Assembly: GCA_041288095.1 (NCBI GenBank) | Contig: JBGGMJ010000127.1 | Coordinates: 1 to 39,839 of the forward strand | Direction of reading: 5' to 3' | Length of the DNA stretch: 39,839 bases | Origin: Myxococcota bacterium | GTDB taxonomy: Bacteria > Myxococcota > XYA12-FULL-58-9 > JALHOP01 | Shown here: one piece after another, positions 8,656-18,640 of the stretch | Layout of the letters: each line of letters starts with the position of its first letter | How positions within the stretch are numbered: position 1 is the first letter of the stretch | Notes under the pieces: model-generated | What the model saw: only the letters and a program-made list of their open reading frames with translations | Database searches by the model: none | What the model was told of the DNA's origin: nothing | Program-made: the position numbers and the translations under genes

Positions 8656-10730
8656 TCGTCACCACCGCCGCGAATTGCCAGCACCAATGGGAACACCGCG
8701 CCTGCGCCGTGCGAGCGCAATAACCAGGCGGCCACGGTCAACGTCCACCGGGAGCTGACGATGTCATCGACCAGAAGCACAGGCCCCGAGGGTACCGCTC
8801 CAGCAACGGATAGGGAACCATCCAGGTTGCGGGCCTGCTGCTGTGTGTTCAGCATGGTTTTCTGCTCTGGTCGCGCTTCGGTTTGTATCAGCACGGGGTG
8901 AAACGGCAGCATCAGCCGCTCTGCAAGCAGTCTGGCGAAGTCTGGCACGAGGGTCGGCCGTCGCAGGGAAGGCACGCAGGCCACCCAACCAGGGGGCGGC
9001 TGTGGCTGCCATTCAGCCAAGAGCCGCGCACAGGCATCGACCAGGTCGTGGGACAAGCGTTCATCGACATACTTCCCGCGTTGGACAGCCGCCCCCCATA
9101 GGCCGTCCCCCCAATAGCCGAGCGCGCGTCCAGGCTCTGCCCGTAGGTGCTCGCGAATGACTCCCGCGACGCCATAGCGGGCCATGCCATCAGGCGGCCA
9201 CTTCTTGCGCAGCTCGAGCGGATAGCTGGACCTGCCGAGAAAACGTCGTGCATCGTCAACGACCTCTGCAGGCGCGGTGGCAGCGAGCAGCGGCATCGGG
9301 TCACCACTGGTGTGCGACGGTTCGCCATCCAGCGCGGCGATGAGGAAGCTCATGTGGCCCGTGGGCAACCGGGCATAGCGCTGCATCTCCTCCCACTCCT
9401 TGCGGCGCGTCTGATCGATCTGCTCGGCGCGGTGCCAGAAATCACCATCCAGGTCGGCGGGAGCGCGCATCCACTTCTTGTCGATCTGGACGAGCGGTGC
9501 GGGAGACTCGAGGGGAAGAAGCGTCAGGACCTTCTGCAGCCGAGAGAGTTTCAGATTCACCTGCGTCAACAACTGAGACTCGCTGAGTCCGTCAGGCGCC
9601 GCGGCGAGCGCTGCAAGTACTGCGTCGACCTCCGTAGGTGAAGGAAACGCGGTTCGGATGAAGTAGTCGTGAATGTCGTCGTCTTCGGCGCCACTCAACA
9701 AAACACCATACGCCTTGTTGTCATTGCGACCCGCGCGGCCGACTTGCTGGTAGTACGCTATGACGTTGCCGGGCGACTGATAGTGAACGACGAAGCCGAG
9801 GTCGGGTTTGTCGAAGCCCATCCCGAGCGCGGATGTCGCAACGAGAGCTTTCAACTCATTGCGCAGCAACGCTTGCTCGAGCTCGGGACGCACGCTGTTG
9901 TCACTGCTGCCGGTGTACGCGGCGACCTTCAGTCCGCGCGTCTTCAGCCAATCCGCGACGATTTCCGCGTCCCTCACGGTCAACACGTAGACGATGCCGG
10001 AGCCTGGCAGGTTGGGAAGCTGATGCGCCAGCCAGCCGAGCCGTGATGCACGGTCCGGCATCACCAGGGTTTGCAACGTCAGCGATGGCCGCGCGAGATC
10101 TCCGCGGACCACGTCGAGGTTCGGCCCGAGGAGCTCCTGGAGATCAGCAACGACGCGGTTGGTCGCGGTCGCCGTCGTCGCGAGGAAGCGGACGTTTTTC
10201 GGCAGGTTGGCCACGATGCGTTCGAGGCGCCGGTAGTCAGGTCGGAAGTCGTGGCCCCACTCCGAAATACAGTGTGCTTCGTCGACGACGAACAGTCCCA
10301 CCCGCTGGGCAATGACGGGTAGCACTCGCGCCGTGAAGCGGTCGTTCCTGAAGCGCTCTGGCGAGACCAGGAGAATGTCGACTTCGTCTCTAGCGATTTC
10401 GGCTTCGATCTCCGACCAAGCTTCCGCGTTGGAGGAGTTCAGAGTGCGAGCACGAACGCCCATGCGCTCCGCTGCTTCGATTTGGTTGCGCATGAGCGCC
10501 AGCAGCGGTGAAACGAGCAGCGCCGGACCGGCGCCCGCTTCTCGGAGCAGCTTGGTCGCGATGAAGTAGACGAAACTCTTTCCCCACCCGGTCTTTTGGA
10601 CGACGAGGAGACGGAGTGCGTCGCCGACGAGCTTGCGCAACGCGATATCTTGCCCCTCCCGGAAGGTCGCGGCGGGCGCTCCCGTGCCCACGCGCAAGAG
10701 CTCGAGAGCACGGTTCTGGTCGAAGGTCAC
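8652..10730 (-). CDS. RecQ-family helicase fused to a C-terminal phosphoribosyltransferase domain (PsyrT/RqlH-type)
   Basis: QKTGWGKS, DEAHCISEWGHDFRPDY, TATA, ALGMGFDKPD, QQVGRAGR and PRTase loop VLLVDDIVSSRWT. GTG at 10730 has GAGGAG upstream. Confidence 0.88.
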   Translation of the reverse strand: MTFDQNRALELLRVGTGAPAATFREGQDIALRKLVGDALRLLVVQKTGWGKSFVYFIATKLLREAGAGPALLVSPLLALMRNQIEAAERMGVRARTLNSSNAEAWSEIEAEIARDEVDILLVSPERFRNDRFTARVLPVIAQRVGLFVVDEAHCISEWGHDFRPDYRRLERIVANLPKNVRFLATTATATNRVVADLQELLGPNLDVVRGDLARPSLTLQTLVMPDRASRLGWLAHQLPNLPGSGIVYVLTVRDAEIVADWLKTRGLKVAAYTGSSDNSVRPELEQALLRNELKALVATSALGMGFDKPDLGFVVHYQSPGNVIAYYQQVGRAGRNDNKAYGVLLSGAEDDDIHDYFIRTAFPSPTEVDAVLAALAAAPDGLSESQLLTQVNLKLSRLQKVLTLLPLESPAPLVQIDKKWMRAPADLDGDFWHRAEQIDQTRRKEWEEMQRYARLPTGHMSFLIAALDGEPSHTSGDPMPLLAATAPAEVVDDARRFLGRSSYPLELRKKWPPDGMARYGVAGVIREHLRAEPGRALGYWGDGLWGAAVQRGKYVDERLSHDLVDACARLLAEWQPQPPPGWVACVPSLRRPTLVPDFARLLAERLMLPFHPVLIQTEARPEQKTMLNTQQQARNLDGSLSVAGAVPSGPVLLVDDIVSSRWTLTVAAWLLRSHGAGAVFPLVLAIRGGGDE

Positions 10731-10873
10731 TTGGGCAACTCCTCTGCGGGAGGGTCGCAGCAGACTGGATCCCGCTATGCCAGACACCTCCGACGACTCT
10801 TGCTTGCCCCGGCCGCAGTGCCGATAGAAGGCGTGTGGGAAACAGTCTCAACTACGACAGCCGTGGCGAAGGC

Positions 10874-11623
10874 ATGCACACCGTGCTCATGCTGCACGGC
10901 TTTCTCGGCTCCGGTCGCAACCTCCAGTCGCTCGCGCGGCGTTGGTCCGATCGCGAGCCGCGCCTGCGCCTGGTGATGCCGGACCTCACCGGCCACGGCA
11001 TGTCACCGGCACCGCGCGATCCCGCGACCATCGAGCAAGTGGCTCGCGACGTCATCGCTTTAGCGGACGAGGTCGGCGCCGACGACCCTCTCACCATCGT
11101 CGGCCACTCTTTCGGCGGCCGCACCGCCCTCGCCATGCGACTCCTCGAGCCGTCGCGCATCGGCCACATCGTGCTCCTCGACATCACCCCAAACGTGTTG
11201 CGCGGTGACGTCGGCGGGCTCGACCGCGTCCTCGAGCACGTGCTCGCCGCCCCCGCCCAGGTGGGCTCGCGAGAGGAGATGCGCACGCTCTTCTTGGGTC
11301 ACGGCATAAGCCCCGCCCTCACCGACTGGGTGCTCCTCAACCTGACCCAGGACGGCGACGTCCTGCGCTGGCGCTTCGACCGCGACAAGCTCAAGGCGCT
11401 GCACCTGGAATCATGCCGGCAAGATTTCTGGCCGGCCGTGGAGGCCCCTGGGGTCAAGACGACGCTCATCTACGGCAAGCGCTCGAAGTTCGTGGCCGAC
11501 ATCGATGTCGACCGCTTCGACGCTGCCGGTGCCGATGTCATCGCGATTCCGGACGCAGGCCACTTCTTGCACGTGGACGCCCAGGCCCAGCTGCTCGACG
11601 AGCTCGTGGCGCTCGGACTCTAG
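10874..11623 (+). CDS. Alpha/beta hydrolase (YbfF/ABHD11-like esterase)
   Basis: LHGFLGSGRN, DLTGHGMS, nucleophile GHSFGG, AGHFLHVD. Confidence 0.85.
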   Translation: MHTVLMLHGFLGSGRNLQSLARRWSDREPRLRLVMPDLTGHGMSPAPRDPATIEQVARDVIALADEVGADDPLTIVGHSFGGRTALAMRLLEPSRIGHIVLLDITPNVLRGDVGGLDRVLEHVLAAPAQVGSREEMRTLFLGHGISPALTDWVLLNLTQDGDVLRWRFDRDKLKALHLESCRQDFWPAVEAPGVKTTLIYGKRSKFVADIDVDRFDAAGADVIAIPDAGHFLHVDAQAQLLDELVALGL

Positions 11624-12711
11624 CCACTGATCGGCAGGTCGAGCACGAAGACGCAGCCCTTCGCCGGCAGGTTCTGCACGCGGATGCTGCCGCCGTGCGC
11701 ATCGGCGGCCTGCTTGGCGATGGCGAGCCCGAGGCCGAAGCCATCCTCGCTCTTTCCAAGGCGAACGAAAGGCGCGAACGCCGCCTCGACCTTTCCTGGT
11801 GGTAGTCCGCCACAGCAGTCTTCGATCTCGAAGATGGCGCGCCCATCGACGACGTTGCCGCGCATTTCGACGATGCTACCCGCCGCGGTGTATTTGACAG
11901 CGTTGCGGAGCAAGTTGCCGAGCGCCGAGCGCAACAGGCGGATGTCGAGGCTGAGCGACTGGTCGTTTGCAACGACCATGCGCAGCTCGACCTCGCGTGC
12001 TTCGGCTTCGGACGTTGCGCCGACCTGGAGGTCTTCGAAGAGATCACGGAGCGTCGTCGCCTGACGGCGCAGCTCGATGCCCGACGCGGCTCGCGCGACC
12101 TGCAAGGTCTCGTCGACGAGCTCACTGGTCCGCCGCAGCCCGCGTTCGAGCGCGGCCACCGACCGGCTGTCCGCGGGGAGCGCGCCTTTTGCCTCGAGCA
12201 GCCGAAAGGCCATGGTCGCCGAAGACAGCGGATCTCGCAGCTCGTGGGCGATGAACGCGAAATGCTCGTTGCCGAGGCGGAGGAGCTCGGCGTCGCGTTG
12301 GGCGGTGTAGCGCGTCACCGCACGGGCGATTCCGGAAACGATGGCTTCGAAGAGGACCGTGAGCTCGCGAAAGGTGAGCTCGGCGCCGGCGCCTCGCGCC
12401 GTGGCGATGATTGCGTCGTGCAAGGCTCCGTACTCACGCACGACGGAGTCGAGGCTGAAGCCCAAGCGCAGGCGTTGAACGCCGTGACCCGCGGCGGTCG
12501 AGGTCTCATCGGGTGACGGTCCCCCCGCAGGCAAACCCGCGTCGATACGCAGCGCGGCCAGGATCTCGTCGACGAACTCCGGGATGTGGTCGACCAGCTC
12601 GATGGCTGGCATCGCGTCGGGCGCGAGCTTTCCCTGCACACGCTCTTTCCACAGGCCAATGACCTCGGAGCCTCGAGTCGCAAGGACTTGGTGCAGGGCG
12701 GGACGCGGCAT
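11620..12711 (-). CDS. Cytoplasmic sensor histidine kinase (RsbRD_N-like helical input + HisKA + HATPase)
   Basis: H-box AHELRDPLS, N-box NLLRNAVKYT, F-box AFAPF, G2 GFGLGLAIA; no TM segments. Confidence 0.88.
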   Translation of the reverse strand: MPRPALHQVLATRGSEVIGLWKERVQGKLAPDAMPAIELVDHIPEFVDEILAALRIDAGLPAGGPSPDETSTAAGHGVQRLRLGFSLDSVVREYGALHDAIIATARGAGAELTFRELTVLFEAIVSGIARAVTRYTAQRDAELLRLGNEHFAFIAHELRDPLSSATMAFRLLEAKGALPADSRSVAALERGLRRTSELVDETLQVARAASGIELRRQATTLRDLFEDLQVGATSEAEAREVELRMVVANDQSLSLDIRLLRSALGNLLRNAVKYTAAGSIVEMRGNVVDGRAIFEIEDCCGGLPPGKVEAAFAPFVRLGKSEDGFGLGLAIAKQAADAHGGSIRVQNLPAKGCVFVLDLPISG

Positions 12712-12800
12712 GTGGTGGACAAGATCGGCCGCCCGCGGCCCGCGTCAAGGAGCGGACTGACCGTTGCCTGTCCGCATCCGGCCCGCTATGACGCTCGCCC

Positions 12801-14309
12801 ATGCGAAATCACCACGTCCGCGTTTACCCGTCGAAAGAGCACCTCCCGAAGGAAAAGCAGCTGGCTTGGGCCATGGCCGAGGTCGCCACCGACCCGGTCG
12901 CAATCGACCCCGCGACCAGCGAGATGATCGTCAACCGCGTCATTGACAACGCCTCGGTGGCCATCGCCGCAGCCAACCGCACCCCGGTCGCCAACGCCCG
13001 CTCGCAAGCCCTGACCCACCCGACGCCCGACGGCGCCACCCTTTTCGGTCTGCCGGAGGGCGTCCGTGTCTCGCCGGAATGGGCGGCCTGGGCGAACGGC
13101 ACCGCGGTGCGCGAGCTCGACTTTCACGACACCTTCCTCGCCGCGGACTACTCGCACCCCGGCGATAACCTGCCGCCGATCCTCGCGGTGGCGCAGCGCC
13201 TCGGCAAGAGCGGCGCGGACGTGATCCGAGGGGCCGCCACCGCCTACGAGCTGCACGTGAACCTGGTCAAGGCGATCTGCCTGCACAAGCACAAGATCGA
13301 TCACATCGCGCACCTCGCGCCGTCCGCCGCGGCGGGCATCGGCACGATGCTGAACCTGTCGACGGACGTCATCTACCAGGCCATCCAGCAAGCCGTGCAC
13401 GTCTCGTTTTCGACGCGCCAGTCGCGCAAGGGCGAGATCTCCTCGTGGAAGGCGCACGCGCCGTCGTGGGCCGGCAAGATCGCCATCGAAGCGGTCGACC
13501 GTGCCATGCGAGGCGAGAAGTCGCCGTCGCCGATCTACGAGGGTGAAGACAGCGTCATCGCCTGGATGCTCGACGGGCCGAAGGCGGAATACAACGTGCC
13601 GCTCCCCGAGAAGGGCGAGGCCAAGCGCGCCATCCTCGACACGTACACCAAGGAGCACAGCGCCGAGTATCAAGCGCAGGCGCTCATCGACCTCGCCTTC
13701 CGCCTCGGTGAGAAGGTCGGCGACGGCTCGAAAGTGAAGAGCATCGTGCTCCACACCTCGCATCACACGCACTACGTCATCGGCACCGGTGCCAACGATC
13801 CGCAGAAGATGGACCCCAAGGCGTCGCGCGAGACCCTCGATCACAGCATCATGTACATCTTCGCGGTCGCCCTGCAGGACCGCAGCTGGCACCACGTCAA
13901 GTCGTACGATCCCGCGCGCGCGCAGCGACCGGACACCGTCGCCTTGTGGCACAAGGTCTCGACCGTCGAGGACGCCGAGTGGACGCGCCGCTACCACGCG
14001 ACCGATCCCAAGGAGAAGGCCTTCGGCGCCAAGGTGGTGGTGACCATGAACGATGGGGCAACGATCACGGACGAGCTCGCTCTCGCGAACGCGAACCCCG
14101 CGGGCGCCAAGCCCTTCAAGCGTCCGGACTACATTCGCAAGTTCGAGACCCTGACCGAGGGCGTGCTGGACAACGCCGAGATCAAGCGCGTCATCGAGCT
14201 GACCCAGCGCCTGCCGCAGCTCGCGGCGGCCGACCTGTCGCGGCTTCACCCGGTGCTGCCGGCCGGCAAGCTCACCCACGCGACCCGCGACACCCGAGGC
14301 ATCTTCTGA
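12801..14309 (+). CDS. prpD: 2-methylcitrate dehydratase (MmgE/PrpD family)
   Basis: [50 protein letters not shown]. Confidence 0.92.
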   Translation: MRNHHVRVYPSKEHLPKEKQLAWAMAEVATDPVAIDPATSEMIVNRVIDNASVAIAAANRTPVANARSQALTHPTPDGATLFGLPEGVRVSPEWAAWANGTAVRELDFHDTFLAADYSHPGDNLPPILAVAQRLGKSGADVIRGAATAYELHVNLVKAICLHKHKIDHIAHLAPSAAAGIGTMLNLSTDVIYQAIQQAVHVSFSTRQSRKGEISSWKAHAPSWAGKIAIEAVDRAMRGEKSPSPIYEGEDSVIAWMLDGPKAEYNVPLPEKGEAKRAILDTYTKEHSAEYQAQALIDLAFRLGEKVGDGSKVKSIVLHTSHHTHYVIGTGANDPQKMDPKASRETLDHSIMYIFAVALQDRSWHHVKSYDPARAQRPDTVALWHKVSTVEDAEWTRRYHATDPKEKAFGAKVVVTMNDGATITDELALANANPAGAKPFKRPDYIRKFETLTEGVLDNAEIKRVIELTQRLPQLAAADLSRLHPVLPAGKLTHATRDTRGIF

Positions 14310-15208
14310 TGTTGTTCGCGAGCGCTGATCCGAAAGCCAAGCGCGCAGCCTTCCGTGCGAAGCTGCGCGCCCCGGGACTCCTGCGATTCCCGGGCGCCTT
14401 CTCGCCGCTGGTCGCCATGATGATCGAGCGGCTGGGGTTCGAAGGCGTCTACATCAGCGGAGCGGTGCTCTCGAACGACCTGGGCTATCCTGACGTCGGC
14501 TTGACGACGTTGAGCGAAGTGGCGCAGCGCGGCCGCGTGATCGCACGCGTCACCGACTTGCCCGCGATCATCGACATGGACACCGGCTTCGGTGAACCGC
14601 TCAACGCCGCCCGCACCGTGCAAGAGCTCGAGGAGATGGGCATCGCCGGCGCGCATCTCGAGGACCAGGTGAATCCGAAGCGCTGCGGCCACCTCGAGGG
14701 CAAGGGCCTCGTCGAAACCGACGCCATGGTGAAAAAGATCGTCGCGGCGTCGAAAGCGAAGCGGGATGCGAACTTCCTCCTCATCGCCCGCACCGACGCT
14801 CGCGCGAGCGAGGGTCTCGACAAGGCCATCGAGCGCGCCAAGGCGTACGTCGACGCCGGCGCCGAGATGATCTTCCCCGAGGCGATGCAAGACGAGAAAG
14901 AGTTCGCGGCGATGCGCAAGGCGGTGAGCGTGCCGCTCCTCGCCAACATGACGGAGTTCGGAAAGTCGAAGCTGCTCGACGCAAAGCAGCTGACCGAGCT
15001 CGGCTACAACGTGGTCATTTATCCGGTGACCACGCTGCGCCTCGCCATGAAAGCGGTCGAAGACGGCCTCAAACAAATCGCCGCCGACGGCACGCAGGAA
15101 GCTCTTCTATCGCGGATGCAGCACCGCAAGGAGCTGTATGATCTGATTCGCTACGACGATTACACGACGTTCGATTCACAGGTCGCGGGCTTTCGCGCCA
15201 AAGAGTGA
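14309..15208 (+). CDS. prpB: 2-methylisocitrate lyase
   Basis: DMDTGFGEP, HLEDQVNPKRCGHL, ARTDA, LANMTEFGKS. TGATG overlap with prpD. Confidence 0.93.
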   Translation: MLFASADPKAKRAAFRAKLRAPGLLRFPGAFSPLVAMMIERLGFEGVYISGAVLSNDLGYPDVGLTTLSEVAQRGRVIARVTDLPAIIDMDTGFGEPLNAARTVQELEEMGIAGAHLEDQVNPKRCGHLEGKGLVETDAMVKKIVAASKAKRDANFLLIARTDARASEGLDKAIERAKAYVDAGAEMIFPEAMQDEKEFAAMRKAVSVPLLANMTEFGKSKLLDAKQLTELGYNVVIYPVTTLRLAMKAVEDGLKQIAADGTQEALLSRMQHRKELYDLIRYDDYTTFDSQVAGFRAKE

Positions 15209-15225
15209 GCGTGCTACGACGCGCC

Positions 15226-18066
15226 ATGCGTTTTGCGTGGCCGTTGGCTTCCCTCGTCCTCCTGATTTCCTGCTCGAAGTCGTCGAAAGCGCCGGTCGCG
15301 GATGAAGGCGCCCCCGTGGAAGCGCGCGCTCCCGACGCTGTCGCCAGCGACGACGTCCCCCGCCTCACGCTCGCCAAGTACGAGGTCGTCCCGCAAGACC
15401 GCGGCACGGAGAAGGTACTCGTCAACGCCGTGCTTCGCGATGCCGACGCTGTTTACATCCGTGGCCGGACCAACGACGCGTTCGAAGCCGGCCATGTCCG
15501 CTTCAACGTCCTCGGCGACGTGTACGGGCTGGTGAATACGGGCGACTCGGCGCCCGACAACTTCTACGCGCGCTTCCCAGGTAAGAACGTGCCTCAGGAA
15601 TTCGACGTTGCGTGGGAAGCCGTGCAGAGCGAGGGCGTCATCAGCGCCAAAGGCGTCCTGCACGTCCTCGTGCCGAAAACCGCGAAGAGCGTGAAGGCGG
15701 TGCGCGAGGAGTTCTTCGCGGGGCTGGCGCGCTGGTTCCAGAGCGCGGCGTACACCGTCTCCGGCGCGGACTCATTCTACACCTTTGCATCGGAACGGGC
15801 GCGCTTGACGAGCCGTCCCGCCGCGCGCCGCAACGACGTCTTTACCAACGACATCGACGACGCCATGGCGTTCTACACGGGCGCCGCCTCGCTGCGTGAC
15901 GCGATGCAGACTCAACGCGCGCTGCGCATCCGCCGGACCGGTAAGCGCACCGTGCCCATCGCGCAAGTCGAGGCGCTCGCCCTGCCCGCTCATCCCTGGG
16001 CTCGCCTCTCACAGGAGCTCGGCGCGAAAGCGAGCTTCGAGCCACTCGCCGCCGCGGTGCCCGCCGGGATGCTCTACATGCACGCAAGTAGCGCCAAGGC
16101 GCTGCACGCCACGGTCGATACGCTCACCGACCGCTTACTCGGTGTCGTGCAGGCCAGCGGCATCGACAGCGGCGGCGGCGACATCGTCAAGCGTTATGCG
16201 GATCAACTCGGCCTCGAGAGCTCACCGGCGATGAGCGTGCTCGCCGACACGGCCATCGACGGCATCGCCATCGCGTCGAGCGACCCGTTCTTCCGCGAAG
16301 GGACCGACGTCACGGTCGCGTTCCACGTCACCAACGCGGCTCTCTTGAAGACCGGGCTCGCGAAGAAGCTCGAGGACCTCAAGGCGCGCTTCACCACCAG
16401 CAGCTCGTCCTACAAGCTCGGCGCGCACGAAGTCGGCATGACCGCTTCGGCGGATGGAGCGGTGAATCGTCATCAACTCGATCTCGGCGACGTGATCCTC
16501 GTATCGAACAGTCGGGCCGCCCTCGAACGCTTCGTCGCCGTTCGCGATAGTGGAGCACCATCGATCGCCGCCGGCGGCGACTTCGCGTACATGCGCTCGC
16601 TCTATCCCTACGACCGCGCCGGCGAAGATGCCTTTGCCTTCATCGGCGACGCCTTCGTCGCGCACGTCACCAGTCCCGCGTTCAAGATCGCGTCGGCGCG
16701 TCGCGTCCAGGCGGCAGCCGACGTGCGGGCGGTGAGCTACGCGGCGCTGCTCTACGCCTGGCTCGAAGGCCACGCGCCCACTTCGGTGGATCAGCTCGTC
16801 AACAGCAAGCTCCTCGACAAGAACGAGCTCGTGCATGAAGGCGGCGAGCGCATCACCTTCGATCCGGCCACCGGCGCGCGCTCCCCATCCACGACAGGGT
16901 TCATGAAGCCCATCATCGAGACCGCGATCGACAAGGTGACGGCCGAGGAGCGCGACGCCTACGCCACCTTCCGCGGCGAATACGAGATGGTGTGGAGCAA
17001 GTACATCGACCCCGCGGCGCTTCGCGTCTCCTCGCGCGGCAAGGCGTTGACGCTCGACGTGCGCATGCTGCCGATCACCAACCGTGGCGACTATTCGGAT
17101 ATGGAGTCGCTCGCGGGGCCGGCACGCATCGCCGCGCCCGCCGTCCGCGACGGATTTTCGTGGGCCAGCGCCGTCGGTCCGGAAGCATCATTGCGGCGCG
17201 AGCTCGAAGGCACCGGCCGCAGCTTCATGGGCAACGATTTCTCGCTCGGCTGGCTCGGCACCTGGGTGACCGCGGGAGCGATGGACCGGGCCGGCCTCTA
17301 CGATCTGGTGGTCGCGAGCGGCAGCCTCGGCGAAGTAGAAAAGAAGGAGGACGACGAGCAGGTAGGCTTCGTACCTCCGGTATGGCGGACAGCGTTGCAA
17401 CGGGCCCCCCTGTACGTGGGCGCCGAGGTGAGAAACCCGGTGGCGCTGGCGGCCCTGCTCACCGGCGCGCGCCGCATGGTCGAGCAAGCGGCACCCGGCC
17501 TCGTCGAGTGGACGACCGAGGAGCCCATCGACGGCCAACCGGTGTCGGTGATCCGCGAAGGCGGTACGACGCCGGCCGATCAGCGCATCGCCATTCGCTA
17601 CGCCACGGCGCACGGCGCTTTCATGGCCAGCCTTTCGCGAGACGCCTTGGTCGCCCAGCTCGCGGCGCTCAAGGAAGGACGCGGCCCGAAAGCCGCGGCG
17701 AGCGAAACCAAACCCGTACCGAGCACCAAGGGCCTCGACGCCAGCACTCAGTCGGCGTTCGACTACGCTCCCGCAAGCGGCAAGTGGCTCACCAAGATCG
17801 TCGCCGGCCTCATCGAGCGTGCTCACACGGTCGCGCAACAGCGCGACGAGCTCGCGGACCGCGCCGTCGCGCCGTACGTGCGCAAAAACCCCGATGCCAA
17901 CGAGCGCGCCCGTATCACGGCCGCGTTGCTCGGCCACTCGACGGGCCGTGCGGACGTCTCGGCGACCGCGAGCGTCGCGCGCTTGCGGCAAATCGGCGCG
18001 CGCCTGTCAGTGGAAGGCGCCGGTGATCATCGCGGGCTGCACGCGGCGGTGACCTTCGGCGAATAG
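15226..18066 (+). CDS. Large hypothetical lipoprotein (about 946 aa)
   Basis: Long ORF with host-like codon usage; lipobox LLISC after a hydrophobic signal; no catalytic motif recognised. Alternative GTG start at 15205 overlaps the prpB stop. Confidence 0.8.
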   Translation: MRFAWPLASLVLLISCSKSSKAPVADEGAPVEARAPDAVASDDVPRLTLAKYEVVPQDRGTEKVLVNAVLRDADAVYIRGRTNDAFEAGHVRFNVLGDVYGLVNTGDSAPDNFYARFPGKNVPQEFDVAWEAVQSEGVISAKGVLHVLVPKTAKSVKAVREEFFAGLARWFQSAAYTVSGADSFYTFASERARLTSRPAARRNDVFTNDIDDAMAFYTGAASLRDAMQTQRALRIRRTGKRTVPIAQVEALALPAHPWARLSQELGAKASFEPLAAAVPAGMLYMHASSAKALHATVDTLTDRLLGVVQASGIDSGGGDIVKRYADQLGLESSPAMSVLADTAIDGIAIASSDPFFREGTDVTVAFHVTNAALLKTGLAKKLEDLKARFTTSSSSYKLGAHEVGMTASADGAVNRHQLDLGDVILVSNSRAALERFVAVRDSGAPSIAAGGDFAYMRSLYPYDRAGEDAFAFIGDAFVAHVTSPAFKIASARRVQAAADVRAVSYAALLYAWLEGHAPTSVDQLVNSKLLDKNELVHEGGERITFDPATGARSPSTTGFMKPIIETAIDKVTAEERDAYATFRGEYEMVWSKYIDPAALRVSSRGKALTLDVRMLPITNRGDYSDMESLAGPARIAAPAVRDGFSWASAVGPEASLRRELEGTGRSFMGNDFSLGWLGTWVTAGAMDRAGLYDLVVASGSLGEVEKKEDDEQVGFVPPVWRTALQRAPLYVGAEVRNPVALAALLTGARRMVEQAAPGLVEWTTEEPIDGQPVSVIREGGTTPADQRIAIRYATAHGAFMASLSRDALVAQLAALKEGRGPKAAASETKPVPSTKGLDASTQSAFDYAPASGKWLTKIVAGLIERAHTVAQQRDELADRAVAPYVRKNPDANERARITAALLGHSTGRADVSATASVARLRQIGARLSVEGAGDHRGLHAAVTFGE

Positions 18067-18073
18067 CCGGCGA

Positions 18074-18547
18074 CTAAGCCGCTTGGCTGTCGTCGCGCTG
18101 ATGACGGCGGCGGACGTTGGCCGCATCGACCGGTCTCAGCATGGTCATCGAGACCTCGCGCACCTTGCCGTCGACCACCACGGTGACGACGCATGGCACG
18201 GTCGCGCGCTCGGGCGTCTTGCGAACGTCAGCCTCGAGGCCGGCCCGGCGCAACATGCGGACGAACAAACGGGCCGCCGCGAAGGGGTTCGAGCGCATAC
18301 CCATCCGCATCGCGTTGGGTGATTTTTTCGTCTCGGAGGCGTTCTCGAGCATGCGCCAGGCAACCAGGGCGGCGCTGAATCGCTCACTGTCGCTGCGATG
18401 ACCAGCGGCGGTCGTTTCGTCGGCGCCGAAGAGGGCCAGGTCGACGCACGAGTCAGCACCAAAGCGGACCTGCCGTGGGCGAGAAAGCGAGTGTTTTAGG
18501 GGGGTTCGCGGCACGAAGGGCCACCATTGGGTGAAGACGAAACGCAT
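18074..18547 (-). CDS. Hypothetical basic protein
   Basis: Fills the gap between the lipoprotein and apaG; GAGGA precedes ATG 18547 (alternative start 18352); no family recognised. Confidence 0.45.
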   Translation of the reverse strand: MRFVFTQWWPFVPRTPLKHSLSRPRQVRFGADSCVDLALFGADETTAAGHRSDSERFSAALVAWRMLENASETKKSPNAMRMGMRSNPFAAARLFVRMLRRAGLEADVRKTPERATVPCVVTVVVDGKVREVSMTMLRPVDAANVRRRHQRDDSQAA

Positions 18548-18640
18548 AGCTTCCTCGAATCGACGTACACGTTCTCTCTCATCATCGGCTGACGGCCTTT
18601 GTCAGTTGCTAGCTCCGTCGCAAACGGGGTACCTGACGCG

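Noticed and set aside
10820..10827. GCCGATAG, a sigma28-like -10 box upstream of the alpha/beta hydrolase
   Set aside because: No TAAA/TCAAG -35 element at the required spacing.
13946..14308. Extended N-termini in the ORF track (prpB 13946, DUF1552 6010, GT2 23598, kynB 32690, amnA 33601, asparaginase-like 37106, LLM 38146, hydrolase 10616)
   Set aside because: They overlap neighbouring genes; internal starts with stop/start coupling or an RBS match the family N-termini.
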